DNA of 43,667 nucleotides from Leidyana gryllorum EB-2025a (GCA_048772705.1 JBLWGC010000206.1:1-43667), one strand, 5' to 3'; positions 30,528 to 41,601 are shown, counted from the first letter of the stretch. Notes: a model not told the origin generated them from the sequence alone. A program made the numbers and translations.

Positions 30528-31224
30528 GAGAGGTTGTGATATTTGGTGTCATCCCTCACAGCCGTGCGACTCCAGCTTGCCAGCAGCGTTCCGCAGATTC
30601 TCAACAGGCAATCGTCCACTCATCAAGCAGGGCATGCAATAGCTCTTCTAAGTTGGAGACCGCTAGCTCAAAGGGTAGAGTGCTCATTGACATGCCAGAT
30701 GAGAACGATAGACAGGTCCTCCAACTTGCATACGGCTGCACCTGCGGGAACTCAGTCCGCGTTACGACCTCAGCACGGTCGCATTTTGCCGTCAGACCAC
30801 AAGTGCAGTCGAAAGATCGACAGAGGCTGTAGCACTCACAGAGACACGAGGAGAGTGTTGGGCTCATGACCCAAAGTTCCGTCGATCGAAACGACGCACT
30901 GGTGAGCGCCCGCAGGGGGACACACTTATAGGAATGATTCACAGGCGTGTTTTCTTCGAGAGCTCCTCGACCTGGTATCGACCCCCGCACATTTGGCCTG
31001 CAAAGTCACCTCTCTGGCACTTGTGATAGCCGCCTATCCGCTAAACCCAAGCGAACTTTTCCAGCCTCGGTTCCTCAACAGTGGCACTTCGAGCCCTCAA
31101 GCTCAACACTGCGGCACAGATCGCGGTGGCCTGCGGTGCCAAACTTGAGTTTGGATGGCGCAAGTCTGCATGGCTGCGAATGGCAGCCACTCTTCTCGAT
31201 TCCACGGTTGAGCGGGACCACGAG

Positions 31225-31297
31225 AACGGTGGGCGGGACTCGAACCCACAACCTTTGCCTCCGGAGGGCAACACGCTATCCATTGCGCCACCACCGC
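31225..31297 (-). tRNA. tRNA-Arg(CCG)
   Basis: intact. Confidence 0.92.
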
Positions 31298-31756
31298 ACA
31301 ACCCACAGCCTCACTGTCTTAAACACCTGAGTCGTCAGTATCGCCTGGCCCCACTGGTTCGAATCTAGCAGCTGTCGAGTGACGTGGTAGGCGGAGTTCG
31401 AAAGACTCGTTATCGTATTTGAGACAGGGGATGCGTGTATAACTCTCCTAGACCCTCGTCAGCGGCTAGCAAAAAGGCTGTTTTAGGAATCGAACCCAAG
31501 ACTCCTTCCACCCCCTAAGGAAGGATCATACCACTAGGCCGAACAGCCGAATGTTAGGGGGATCCACGATGTAATGGCCAATTCCGCCCTGGAATGAGTA
31601 CCGTTGCACAGAATGGGATTCGCACCCATGCAGACTTGCGCCTACCAGAATGTGGCAAGATGCCCTAGTGGGCAAGGCGCTGTGTTCAGACCCCACTCAC
31701 GTGGTCGGCACTGGCTACCCGCAGGAACCCCAGACTACTTATTTCGATGCTGCATT

Positions 31757-31837
31757 GCGAGAATGCCCGAGAGGTTAAGGGGGTGGCCTTAAGATCCACT
31801 GGTTAATTCCGCGTGGGTTCGAACCCCACTTCTCGCA
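31757..31837 (+). tRNA. tRNA-Leu(TAA)
   Basis: mirror of 25148. Confidence 0.87.
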
Positions 31838-31883
31838 TAAGGAGGCAAGTGTCGGAGGGGGAATCGGATGACAATGCAACGGT

Positions 31884-31963
31884 TGACAAGAGTGGGATTC
31901 GAACCCACGCCCTTTCGAACTGCGGCCTTAACACAGCGCCTTAGACCACTCGGCCATCATGCC
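31884..31963 (-). tRNA. tRNA-Leu(AAG)
   Basis: mirror of 25022. Confidence 0.83.
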
Positions 31964-32102
31964 GGAGTGTTCTTGGCTCGCCACTTGACACGTTTTCTTT
32001 TCGTGAAGTGTCGAGAAGGGAGGACCCGGGTACGATTCCCGGTCTTGGAGACACTTAGTTTTTCCGCTTCAGATTTCGTGGTGCTCAGTGAAAGTTGCGA
32101 GC

Positions 32103-32175
32103 TACAGACACCGAGGATCGAACTCGGGACCTTCTGCGTGTGAAGCAGACGTCGTGACCACTAGACCGTGGCAGC
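32103..32175 (-). tRNA. tRNA-Val(CAC), chimeric/diverged
   Basis: 3' part mirrors 24810 gene, 5' part differs. Confidence 0.7.
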
Positions 32176-32450
32176 ACGAATGGTCCCCGCAGCCCAAGAG
32201 ATGGCGAAAATTCAGGGAGTAGTGAGGACCGAATCGAACCCAGGTCGGGAGATTCAGAGTCTCCAGTGCTAACCACTACACCACGCAACCGCTTCAGCCC
32301 ATCCCAGAAGAGTCGGTAGAATTATCCGGACTAGCGCTTTCTCAAATGAACACACGCAACACGCCCGTAATCTGTGCCGCACTTGAGAACTTGAAGTGTC
32401 ACTTTTGAGGTTCTGAGGTTGAGTCTGCGAACCTCGACGCCGTTGGCCGG

Positions 32451-32530
32451 CCGGGGGTAGCTCAGTTGGTAGAGCATCTGACTGTAGTACTGGCATCAGA
32501 TAGTCGGCGGTTCGATTCCGTCCCACCGGA
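32451..32530 (+). tRNA. tRNA-Tyr(GTA) with 7-nt intron
   Basis: intron TACTGGC at 37/38. Confidence 0.88.
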
Positions 32531-33063
32531 AGTAGCGAGGTGCTGTGCAAACTACTACTCAACCTGATGGACTTTGGCAAAAAGCGTTGATGGGCCAACT
32601 GGAGTTAATCTGGCGAAGATTCCATGCATATATAACTCAAATGTTGTCTTAGCTGAGCAGCATATCTCATCCGACCTTGGATAGACTGACGTTTTGAGTC
32701 AACAAGTACCAGACGGGCTGTTCTGGGAATCGAACCCAGGACTTCTTCCACCCAAAGCAACGATCATATCACTAGACCAAACAGCCGAATATTTGGGTGC
32801 ATGCGACGGGATATACACACGAAGACATGAATTGACTTCCACTGTCCACCCAACGGCAAATATGGTGTAACTAAGTTTAGAGCTTTCTTCCCGCCCTAGC
32901 TCAGTCGGTAGAGCGCAAGTGGCTCACGGACAAAAAACGCGTGGAGCGATCCAACAACACTGTCGCAAGATGGCCGAGTTGTCTAAGGCGCTGTGCTCAG
33001 ACCGCAGTCCGAAAGGGCGAGGATCTGGGGTTGAGCCGTTCGAACCCCGGAGCAGTTGGACGG

Positions 33064-33143
33064 CCGGGGGTAGCTCAGTTGGTAGAGCATCTGACTGTAG
33101 TGCTGGCATCAGATAGTCGGCGGTTTGATTCCGTCCCACCGGA
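33064..33143 (+). tRNA. tRNA-Tyr(GTA) with 7-nt intron
   Basis: C56>T in T loop. Confidence 0.8.
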
Positions 33144-33406
33144 AGTAGAGTGGTGATTGGCAAAGTACTACTCAACCTGATGGTTTTGGCAGACAGCGTT
33201 GATAGGCCAACTAGACTACTCTGGTGAGGGTTCCATCTATGTAGTTCGGATGGGCTGAGAATCGATCCCGGAACCTTTCGTATACTAAGCACCGTTTCAT
33301 CATCTGGGCTAGCCTCCCGCTGTGCAGACCCCATCGCATTTAGTGGTACTTCACATAGTATGACCACTCTCTCGAGTGTACCCAGCGGGTTGCACGACCG
33401 ACGGGC

Positions 33407-33478
33407 GGCTGTTTGGTCTAGTGGTATGATCCTTCATTAGGGTGGAAGGAGTCCTGGGTTCGATTCCCAGAACAGCCC
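33407..33478 (+). tRNA. tRNA-Pro(AGG)
   Basis: Pro body. Confidence 0.85.
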
Positions 33479-33614
33479 TCTTGGTTGTCGGTTGACCCGA
33501 TGAGATAAGCAGTTTTTAGAACCAACGCAGCCAGCTCGTTAGCAGACTTCGGCACTCAAGGCAATTAACATCTCAAGAATCGCATTTCGGCTCCCTCTTC
33601 CATGTTGCAGACCG

Positions 33615-33686
33615 AGCAGTGTAGCTCAGTGGAAGAGTGTTGGGCTCATAACCCAAAGGTCCGTCGATCGAAACGACGCACTGCTA
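33615..33686 (+). tRNA. initiator tRNA-Met(CAT)
   Basis: A1:T72, GGG/CCC anticodon stem, A54/A60 (GATCGAAA). Confidence 0.94.
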
Positions 33687-33735
33687 AGTGTGCGCAGGAG
33701 GGAAACAGCTATAGAATTGATTGCGTCGTGACCAA

Positions 33736-33807
33736 AGCCTTCTGCCGGAATCGAACCGGCGACCTTTCGCCTACTAAGCGAATGCTCTGCCCCTAAGCTA
33801 AGAAGGC
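33736..33807 (-). tRNA. tRNA-Thr(AGT)
   Basis: Thr body. Confidence 0.87.
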
Positions 33808-33883
33808 AATGCAAGCCAAAGATCACGAGTCAGTCACTATTGACGGAGGTTACTGGAGCACTTTGCTCGAATGGTCCAATGAC

Positions 33884-33956
33884 TTCCACTGCCGGGACTT
33901 GAGCCCGGATCGTGCGGGTGAAAGCCGCATATCCTAGCCACTTAGACTACAGTGGA
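33884..33956 (-). tRNA. tRNA-Glu(TTC)
   Basis: T54>C. Confidence 0.82.
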
Positions 33957-34240
33957 CGAGTGGTTGAGTTGGGGCTTCGGCCGAGAGCCGTACCGTCTTG
34001 GAAAATATGGAATGTCGGCGTGGTCAAGTGAGTGGATCTCTGATACAGATTCGGACTTAGTAACCAATTCCATTTGTATTGATCGTGGGATCTTGGGCCT
34101 TCCCCAGGTACAGGGCGAGCTTCCTTGCCGCCCCAACTCCGTCGGTGGCGCGCAAGACGTTTGATGGGAGAACGGCGGGTTCGTGCCGGCGCGAGCACCG
34201 TATGCGAAGCCACTGGCTGCAACCTGCCAAGTTCGACGGC

Positions 34241-34322
34241 GGCAACTTGCCCGAGTGGTTAAGGTGGTAGACTAGAAATTTACCGGGCCTGGCCCGCGCT
34301 GGCTCAAATTCAGCAGTTGTCG
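34241..34322 (+). pseudogene. tRNA-Ser(AGA), diverged
   Basis: several substitutions. Confidence 0.68.
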
Positions 34323-34391
34323 TGCGATGTGGTTGGAGAGGTAAACACCAACTGACACATGAATTTCTGGAAAAAACAACAATGTGTCCTC

Positions 34392-34462
34392 TGCATCTGC
34401 CGGGAATCGAACCCGGGTCGTCTCGATGGCAACGAGACATTCTACCACTAGACCACAGATGC
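34392..34462 (-). tRNA. tRNA-Gly(GCC)
   Basis: intact. Confidence 0.93.
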
Positions 34463-34517
34463 GTGACACCTCCGTTCCTGACCACCAAGTAATGAGTCTG
34501 GAGCGGGGGATGGTTTT

Positions 34518-34587
34518 GGGCCTATGGCCAACGTACCGCGTCTGACTCCAGATCAGAAGGTTGGGTTTTCGAATCACTATGGGCTCA
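34518..34587 (+). pseudogene. tRNA-Trp(CCA), D-arm deletions
   Basis: duplicate of 7172 copy. Confidence 0.75.
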
Positions 34588-35027
34588 ATCAGACTCTTTT
34601 GTTTTTCCCGTGTCAGGCTCAACCTGACAAGAGTGGGATTTGGACCCACGCCCTTTCGAACTGCGACTTGAATACAGCGCCTTGGACCCCTCAGCCATCA
34701 GCTCGGTTCCTGTCCCGCTACTCCAAGCGTTCCCTGTCTGTTGAAGCTAGAGAATGGAAAAGCTGGGCTCTGAGGTTGGGGCGTGCCTCCGACATGGTAT
34801 CAAAGTTATATTTCCGCCTGCCACGCCAACGATCGGGTGGGTACCAGCTCTGAACGCATTCATTTCCAATCCCAATGACTTCATACACTCTTTTAATTCT
34901 TGGTCGTGAATGGTTAGCACTGGAGGCTTTGGATCTCCCGAGCTGGGTTCGATTCCCGGCGCGACCTCGCAACTAGTTCTACTTCTTGAAACTTCGCAAC
35001 TTCTCTTGGTTCCCGCAAAGCTTTCGT

Positions 35028-35100
35028 GCAGTCATGGTCTAGTGGTTACGACGTCTGCTTAACATGCAGAAGGTCCCGAGTTCGATCCCAAGTGGCTGTA
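35028..35100 (+). tRNA. tRNA-Val(AAC), diverged
   Basis: duplicate of 7688 copy. Confidence 0.68.
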
Positions 35101-35252
35101 GCTCGAATCTTTGAAGTGAGTCCCACCAAAGCGAGGAAACAGGCTCTCTCCAAAACAGGGCATCGAACCCGCGTCTTCCGCGTCTTCAACCCTAAAAGTC
35201 TTCCTTCTCGAGAACTTCACGGACAGAAAACCTGTAAAGTGGCGAACGCTCC

Positions 35253-35332
35253 GGCAAGATGGCCGAGTGGTCTAAGGCGCTGTGTTCAGGCCGCAGTCCG
35301 AAAGGGCGTGGGCTCGAATCCCACTCTTGTCA
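35253..35332 (+). tRNA. tRNA-Leu(CAG)
   Basis: T54>C. Confidence 0.85.
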
Positions 35333-35401
35333 GCCGTTGTATTGTATTGGCACTCAGTCCCTCACTTCACTGATATACAGGTCGTTCGACCTACATACAG
35401 C

Positions 35402-35472
35402 TGCACCTGCCGGGACTCGAACCCGGGTTACGACCTTGGAAGGGTCGCATCTTACCCTTAGACCACAAGTGC
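35402..35472 (-). tRNA. tRNA-Gly(TCC)
   Basis: intact. Confidence 0.9.
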
Positions 35473-35564
35473 AATTGCGAAAGATCTGCAGCACCCCGAG
35501 AGACTCGGGCAATTTCTGCTCCCAGCTTCAGGTTGAGTAGTACTTTGCCAATCACCCCTCTACT

Positions 35565-35644
35565 TCCGGTGGGACGGAATCGAACCGCCGACTATCTGAT
35601 GCCAGCACTACAGTCAGATGCTCTTCCAACTGAGCTACCCCCGG
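35565..35644 (-). tRNA. tRNA-Tyr(GTA) with 7-nt intron
   Basis: same body as 6178. Confidence 0.86.
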
Positions 35645-35835
35645 CCGTCCAACTGCTCCGGGGTTAAAAAGGCTCAACCCCAGATCCTCGCCCTTTCGGA
35701 CTGCGGTCTGACCACAGCGCCTTAGACAACTCGGCCATCTTGCCACAGTGTTGTTGGTTAATCGCTCCACGCGTTTTTTGTCCGTGAGCCAAAATAGAAA
35801 GACTTCTGGGATTGGAGGCCGGCGTGTTCAGAGCG

Positions 35836-35907
35836 TCCGAGATAGTATAGTGGTTAGTATTTCCGCCTGTCACGCGGAAGACCCGGGTTCGATTCCCGGT
35901 CTCGGAG
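35836..35907 (+). tRNA. tRNA-Asp(GTC)
   Basis: intact. Confidence 0.93.
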
Positions 35908-36173
35908 CAGTTGCAGCCCCTCACAACTGCTGCAACTCAGATTTTGTCTCAGCTGGTCTGGACTCATCCGGGATTATACGAGTGGGAGCCGCGTATGGTA
36001 GCCGACCTTGGAGAGACGTGGCATTCAGTCAACAACTATCAGACGGGCTCTTCTGGGAATCGAACAGGGGCCTTCTTCCACCCGAAAGAAGAATCATACC
36101 ACAAGACCAAACAGCCGGTCGTGCAAACCGCTGAGGACACTTGAGATAGTGACACCAAACGTCACAACGTCTC

Positions 36174-36246
36174 TGCCTCGGCCGTGGATCGAACACGGGA
36201 CTTCCAGATCTTCAGTCTGGCGCTTTCCCAACTGAGCTACCGAGGC
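36174..36246 (-). tRNA. tRNA-Phe(GAA)
   Basis: one D-stem change. Confidence 0.87.
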
Positions 36247-36704
36247 GGTAGGTAGTCACGGAAGGCGATGAAAATAAGCACTCACCGCGGCGGTATGTGG
36301 GGCCACTCCTCGCCGCATGGCGAAATCGACAGTAGCCAACTTGCCCGAGTGGGGAAGGGGGGTAGATTGGAATTCATGCGTAAGTTGGTGTCTGACCCCT
36401 CCAATCACATCGCACGACAACTGCTGGATCTGCACCAGCGCGGCCCAGGCCCAGTTGAATTTTGTGGTGGAAATGATGGCTTTGGTACCCACCAGCCTCA
36501 CTTGAAGATTGTCCGGGTCGTCTAGGTGCTTACAACAGCAAGTTGTGGCCGTGCATACCCAGGCCCGAATCCTGGCTTGGATAGTATGTCCCCGATGTCT
36601 CGAACGGGAGATGTGGGTGAAGTCTGCCCAGACCCACCATCGGGCGTAGCTGCCCATGTCCTGTCTCGATCGCTACACACTCCCATTTGACGGCTCCGCT
36701 AGTC

Positions 36705-36777
36705 GGCGCTATGGCCTAATGGATATGGCATCGGTCTACGGAACCGGGGATTCTGGGTTCGAGTCCCAGTAGCGTCT
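36705..36777 (+). tRNA. tRNA-Arg(ACG)
   Basis: intact. Confidence 0.92.
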
Positions 36778-36815
36778 GGGCGAATTGCAGCCTGTTGCGT
36801 CAACAACTATCAGAC

Positions 36816-36887
36816 GGGCTGTTCTGGGAATCGAACCCACGACTCCTTCCACCCAAAGGAAGAATCATACCACTAGACCAATCAGCC
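36816..36887 (-). tRNA. tRNA-Pro(TGG), diverged
   Basis: Pro body. Confidence 0.75.
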
Positions 36888-36975
36888 GCCTCTCGGTCGT
36901 GAAACCCGCTGAATACAGTCGAGAGAGTGGTCATAGGGTGTTGAGAACAAAAAAATGCGATGGGGTCTGCACAAC

Positions 36976-37048
36976 GGGCGACTAGCTCAAATGGTAGAGC
37001 GCTCGCTTAGCATGCGAGAGGTACTGGGATCGATGCCCAGGTCGTCCA
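36976..37048 (+). tRNA. tRNA-Ala(AGC)
   Basis: intact. Confidence 0.93.
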
Positions 37049-37149
37049 AACTTCGTAGTCTGCAATTGCCGGTATTTAAATACATATTTACGACCTTGGA
37101 AGGGTCCAAGAGCACAAGTGCCGTCTAGAGAGTACGGTGCCGCAGCACC

Positions 37150-37222
37150 CGGTCCTGGCAGGTTTCGAACCTGTGACTTTGTGGTTAACAGCCACACGCT
37201 CTGCCGACTGAGCTACAAGACC
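37150..37222 (-). tRNA. tRNA-Asn(GTT)
   Basis: near-intact. Confidence 0.88.
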
Positions 37223-37238
37223 CAGTGAAGTCTCACTA

Positions 37239-37311
37239 GGGAGTGTAGCGCAGTCGGTAGCGCGTAGGTCTCATAATCTTGAAGTCGAGAGTTCGATCCT
37301 CTCCACTCCCA
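37239..37311 (+). tRNA. tRNA-Met(CAT), elongator
   Basis: near-intact. Confidence 0.88.
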
Positions 37312-37492
37312 CGGTCGGAATCGGAACCGCCGACAAACTCATCATGCTATCATTTTGCATCCGTCGGGAATCCCACACGGGTTATCTCGATGGCAGTGAG
37401 CGACTCTTCCACTAGACCACAGATGCAGAACACAATCTTGTGAATCTTGTACGTGGTGACAGCCATTCCTTATAAGCCTATCGATGCATCAA

Positions 37493-37564
37493 AGCCTTCT
37501 GCCGGAATCGAACCGGCGACTTCTCGCTTACGAAGCGAACGCTCTGCCCCTAAGCTAAGAAGGC
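37493..37564 (-). tRNA. tRNA-Thr(CGT)
   Basis: intact. Confidence 0.92.
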
Positions 37565-37763
37565 AACTTAGCCCTGAGGCACCCACAGGGGGCTGTTTGG
37601 TCTAGTTATATGATTCTTTCTTCGGCTGGAAGAAGTCCTGGGTTCAATGCCACGTCTCTCCAAGGTCGGCTACTATACGCGGCTCCCACTCGTACAATCC
37701 CGAATGAAGTCCAGACCAGCTGAGACAAAATCTGAGTTGCACCAGTTGTGAGGGCTGGAACTG

Positions 37764-37835
37764 CTCCGAGACCGGGAATCGAACCCGGGTCTTCCGCGTG
37801 ACAGGCGGAAATACTAACCACTATACTATCTCGGA
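37764..37835 (-). tRNA. tRNA-Asp(GTC)
   Basis: intact. Confidence 0.93.
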
Positions 37836-37997
37836 CGCTAGTAAACACGCCGGCCTCCAACCCCAGAACTCCTCGCATTTTGAGATTTCACGGACAGGAA
37901 ACGGGTAACACTTCGGCAAGATGGCCGAGTGCTGTGTGCAAGTCGCCGTCCGAAAATGCGGGGGGATGATCGCAACCATGTTTAGGCTAATGACTGA

Positions 37998-38069
37998 AGC
38001 CTTCTGCCGGAATCGAACCAGCGACCTTTCGCTTACAAAGCGAATGCTCTGCCCCTAAGCTAAGGAGGC
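37998..38069 (-). tRNA. tRNA-Thr(TGT)
   Basis: TT-TGT-AA loop on Thr body. Confidence 0.8.
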
Positions 38070-38133
38070 ATTCCCTGTCTCGACCCATATGAGTTTTTGA
38101 TGCTGGGAATTGCATCATTTCCACCACATCGCA

Positions 38134-38214
38134 CGACAACTGCTGGATTTGAACCAGCGCGGACCAGGCCCAATAGATTTCGAGTCTACCCCCTAACCAC
38201 TCGGGCAAGTTGCC
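38134..38214 (-). tRNA. tRNA-Ser(CGA), diverged
   Basis: 1-nt deletion. Confidence 0.72.
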
Positions 38215-38517
38215 ACCTGTCGAACTCGGCATTTTGCGGCCAGTGGCTTCGCATACAATTCAGCACTCCTCGCGCCCCCCGAACCCCCGGTTCTCCCATC
38301 AAAAGTCTTGCGCTCCACCGACGGAGTTGGGGCGGCAAGGAAGCTCGCCCTGTACCCGGTGAAGGCCCGGCGAAGGCCCAAGATTCCACGATCAATACAA
38401 ATGGAATTGGTTACTAAGTCCGAATCTGTATCAGAGATCCACTCACTTGATCACGCCGACATACCATTATTTCCAAGACGGTACGGCTCTCGGCCGAAGC
38501 CCCAACTCAACCACTCG

Positions 38518-38590
38518 TCCACTGTAGTCTAAGTGGCTAGGATATGCGGCTCTCACCCGCACGATCCGGGTTCAAGTCCCGGCAGTGGAG
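38518..38590 (+). tRNA. tRNA-Glu(CTC)
   Basis: intact body. Confidence 0.9.
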
Positions 38591-38642
38591 AGTGTGCTTG
38601 CAGGCAACAGTTCCATTCTTACTTCCAGGGGATATAGATCCA

Positions 38643-38715
38643 CACCGCCCGCGGGGCTCGAACCCGCGACTGCAAGATTAAGAGTCTTGCGCTCTACCGA
38701 CTGAGCTAGGGCGGC
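38643..38715 (-). tRNA. tRNA-Lys(CTT)
   Basis: intact. Confidence 0.93.
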
Positions 38716-38835
38716 AGGAAAGCAAGGACACAAAACCCGATAGCCTGACATCTAAAGTGGCTTTGGTACCCACCAGCCTCACATAGTGAGACGAGTCTCT
38801 CGACTGTACCCAGCGGGTTGAACCACCGACAAGGT

Positions 38836-38907
38836 GGCTGTTTGGTCTAGTGGTATGATTCTTCCTTCGGGTGGAAGAAGTCCTGGGTTCGATTCCCAGA
38901 ACAGCCC
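38836..38907 (+). tRNA. tRNA-Pro(CGG)
   Basis: intact. Confidence 0.93.
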
Positions 38908-39008
38908 GTCTGATAGTTGTTGACGCAACACGGCACTCGACCCATCCCGAACAGCTAAGACAGGATCTGAGTTGTTGACTCAACAGGCTGCAACCCGGCC
39001 ATTCGCCC

Positions 39009-39081
39009 AGACGCCAGTGGGACTCGAACCCAGAATCCCCGGTTCCGTAGACCGATGCCATATCCATTAGGCCATAGCGCC
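39009..39081 (-). tRNA. tRNA-Arg(ACG)
   Basis: near-intact. Confidence 0.85.
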
Positions 39082-39337
39082 GACTAACGGAGCCGTCAAA
39101 TGGAAGTGTGTAGCGATCAAGAGAGGACATGGGCAGCTACGCCCGATCGTGGGTTTGGACAGACTTCACCTACATCTCCCATTCGAGACAACGGGGACAT
39201 ACTATCCAAGCCAGGATTCGGGCCACAACTTGCTGTTGTAAGCACTAGACGACCCGGACAATCCAATCTTCAAGTGAGGCTGGTGGGTACCAAAACTTTA
39301 GATGTCAGGCTATCGGGTTTTGTGTCCTTGCTTTCCT

Positions 39338-39410
39338 GCCGCCCTAGCTCAGTCGGTAGAGCGCAAGACTCTTAATCTTGCAGTCGCGGGTTCGAGCCCC
39401 GCGGGCGGTG
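39338..39410 (+). tRNA. tRNA-Lys(CTT)
   Basis: intact. Confidence 0.93.
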
Positions 39411-39470
39411 TGGATCTATATCCCTGGATGTAAGAATGGAACCGTTGCCTACAAGCACACTCTGCTGGAT

Positions 39471-39543
39471 TTCCGCTGCCGGGACTTGAACCCGGATCGT
39501 GCGGGTGAAAGCCGCATATTCTAGCCATTTCGACTATTGTGGA
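39471..39543 (-). pseudogene. tRNA-Glu(TTC), degenerate
   Basis: multiple D-arm changes. Confidence 0.68.
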
Positions 39544-39761
39544 CGAGTCACAACAGTTGCACTGACGAATGAGGCGCCAGAGAACTGTGAGTCGGTCTCA
39601 GATGGGAAGTTCACCTAGGTTTGGCGGGTGGGCGGCTATCTCAAGTGGTAGAGCGGTGACTTGGCACGCGAGAGGTCAGTTTAGACACCTATCAATGCCG
39701 CAGGACAGGCTGAACATGGGGGCATTTGGTCACTCCTCGCGGCATGTCGAATTCGACAGGT

Positions 39762-39843
39762 GGCAACTGGCCCGAGTGGTTAAGGGGGTAGACTTGAAAT
39801 CTACTGGGCCTGGCCCGGGCTGGTTCAAATCCAGCAGTTGTCG
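39762..39843 (+). tRNA. tRNA-Ser(TGA)
   Basis: type II, TGA anticodon. Confidence 0.82.
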
Positions 39844-40230
39844 TTCGATGTGATTGGAGGGGCAGACAACAAGCCTGAAACCCCAGAATGGTGCCTCAAT
39901 CAACCATCTGCCATCTTCTCTGCATCTGCGGGAATCGAACCTGGGTCGTCTAGGCGGCAACGACACAGTCTACCACTAAACCACAGATGCGTGACACCTC
40001 CATTCCTGAATACAGAACGAAGGGTCTTAACTACTCCAGGCCGTCCAACTTAGGCCGGTACAGGCCGGTACATATGAACCAGGCTCATCGGATACGCGTT
40101 TCCAGAGACACACGCCCCTTCGGCAGTCCGGAAGCTCCGTGCAGCCATCTAGCAGTCACGACGTCTGCTTAACACGCAGAAAGTCCCGAGTTCAATCCTC
40201 GGTGGCAATCTAGAGCGGAAGACTATCTAT

Positions 40231-40302
40231 CTCCGAGACCGGGAATCGAATCCGGGTCTTCCGCGTGACAGGCGGGAATACTAACCACCATACTATCTCG
40301 GT
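40231..40302 (-). tRNA. tRNA-Asp(GTC), diverged
   Basis: inverted copy of 12026. Confidence 0.7.
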
Positions 40303-40499
40303 GGCTCACAAACACACCGGCCTTCAACCCCAAAAGCCCTCCCTTCTCGAGACTTCACGAACAGAAAACGTGTAAAGTGGCGAGCCAAGAACACTCCGGC
40401 AAGATGGCCGAGTGGTGGGTTCGAATGCCACTCTTGTCAGCCGTTGTATCGGCACTCGGTCAGCCACTGGATGCAGAAGGTTTTCCATGTAGAGCGGAT

Positions 40500-40572
40500 G
40501 GGCCGCTAGCTCAGATGGTAGAGCGCTCGCTTTGCATGCGAGAGGTACTGGGATCGATACCCAGGTCGTCCA
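40500..40572 (+). tRNA. tRNA-Ala(TGC)
   Basis: one acceptor change. Confidence 0.85.
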
Positions 40573-40861
40573 AACTTAGTAGGGCGGCACCTGCTGGTAG
40601 TTAAATACAGAGTTGCACCTCTAAGAGGGCGTGGCATATCGCAGCTCCGGTACTGCTAGGCTTCGAAACTGCGACTTTGTGGTAAACAGCTACACGCTTT
40701 GCCGGCTGAGCTACAAGACCCAGTTGCAATGTTCTTTTAAGCGAGGAAAAATCATACCTTCAGACCAAACAGCCTCCTGGTCGGCCTGCCCCGCTAGGGC
40801 ACTCATAGGTGTCAAATGCTGGAGTACTCGGCGGTCGCGTTCGGCTGTCATTGGGTTGATT

Positions 40862-40935
40862 TGCTCCCCGGGGGGATCGAACCCTCGACCTTCGGCACAT
40901 AAGGCCGATGCTCTAACCAGCTGAGCTAGGGGAGC
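40862..40935 (-). tRNA. tRNA-Ile(TAT), intronless, single copy
   Basis: GCTCCCC/GGGGAGC acceptor, TCGGC-CTTATGT-GCCGA arm. Confidence 0.88.
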
Positions 40936-41246
40936 GATCACCGCCGTTCCACCGCGTAACTCACATTCGATTCTATCTCAGGGGGTTGTTACATCAAGTG
41001 TCAGAATGCCCCGGCCTCGTGCCGACCAAGCTTGTCAGCGTCTCTGCTAATTTGCCACGGCGGTTTGAGGCGTGCCTCCTGCGTCTGTCGGGAATCGAAC
41101 CTGGGTCGTCTCGGTGGCAACGACACATTCTACCACAAGACCACAGATGCACAACTCGTTGTTGTTTAAGCTCGTGCACAATACCGGCCGTTTTGCTTCA
41201 GAAGAGAAGACAGAATCGAGTTGAGCGAGTATGACGGGTAGTTTGT

Positions 41247-41318
41247 GGGTACGTAGCTCAGTGGTAGAGCAGCTGACTGCAGATCAGCAAGTCCGTGGTT
41301 CAACTCCGCGCGTGCCCT
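41247..41318 (+). tRNA. tRNA-Cys(GCA)
   Basis: intact. Confidence 0.92.
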
Positions 41319-41527
41319 GAAGATGGTTTGGAACGATCGGAGATGTTGGACCACAAGACAATGAGTCTGGAGCGGGGGATGATTTTGGGCCTATGGCGGA
41401 ACGTAGCGCTTCTGACTCCTGCTTAGAAAATTGGGTGCTGTCCGCCAGTGTCTAAATGGCTCTGATGTTTGATTCCAGCTCTGGGGGATCCAGCATCCGG
41501 GTCGGTGCCATCTGTCGTTGCAGAAGT

Positions 41528-41601
41528 GGTCGCGTAGCTCAGTCGGTTAGAGCGTGAGCCTAATAAGCTCAAGGTCCCCGGTTCGAGCCCGGGCGTGACC
41601 A
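41528..41601 (+). tRNA. tRNA-Ile(AAT)
   Basis: intact. Confidence 0.93.

Larger units (their letters stand above)
29389..32175 (-). repeat. Right arm of near-perfect 2.8-kb inverted repeat
   Basis: reverse complement of 24810-27597 with few differences. Confidence 0.95.
34386..35527 (+). repeat. Direct copy of about 7040-8187
   Basis: same gene order and spacers, offset about 27340. Confidence 0.92.
39471..41350 (-). repeat. Inverted copy of about 11170-12884, with indels
   Basis: Glu-Ser-Gly-Val-Asp-Leu-Ala-Asn-Pro-Gly-Cys order mirrored. Confidence 0.9.
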
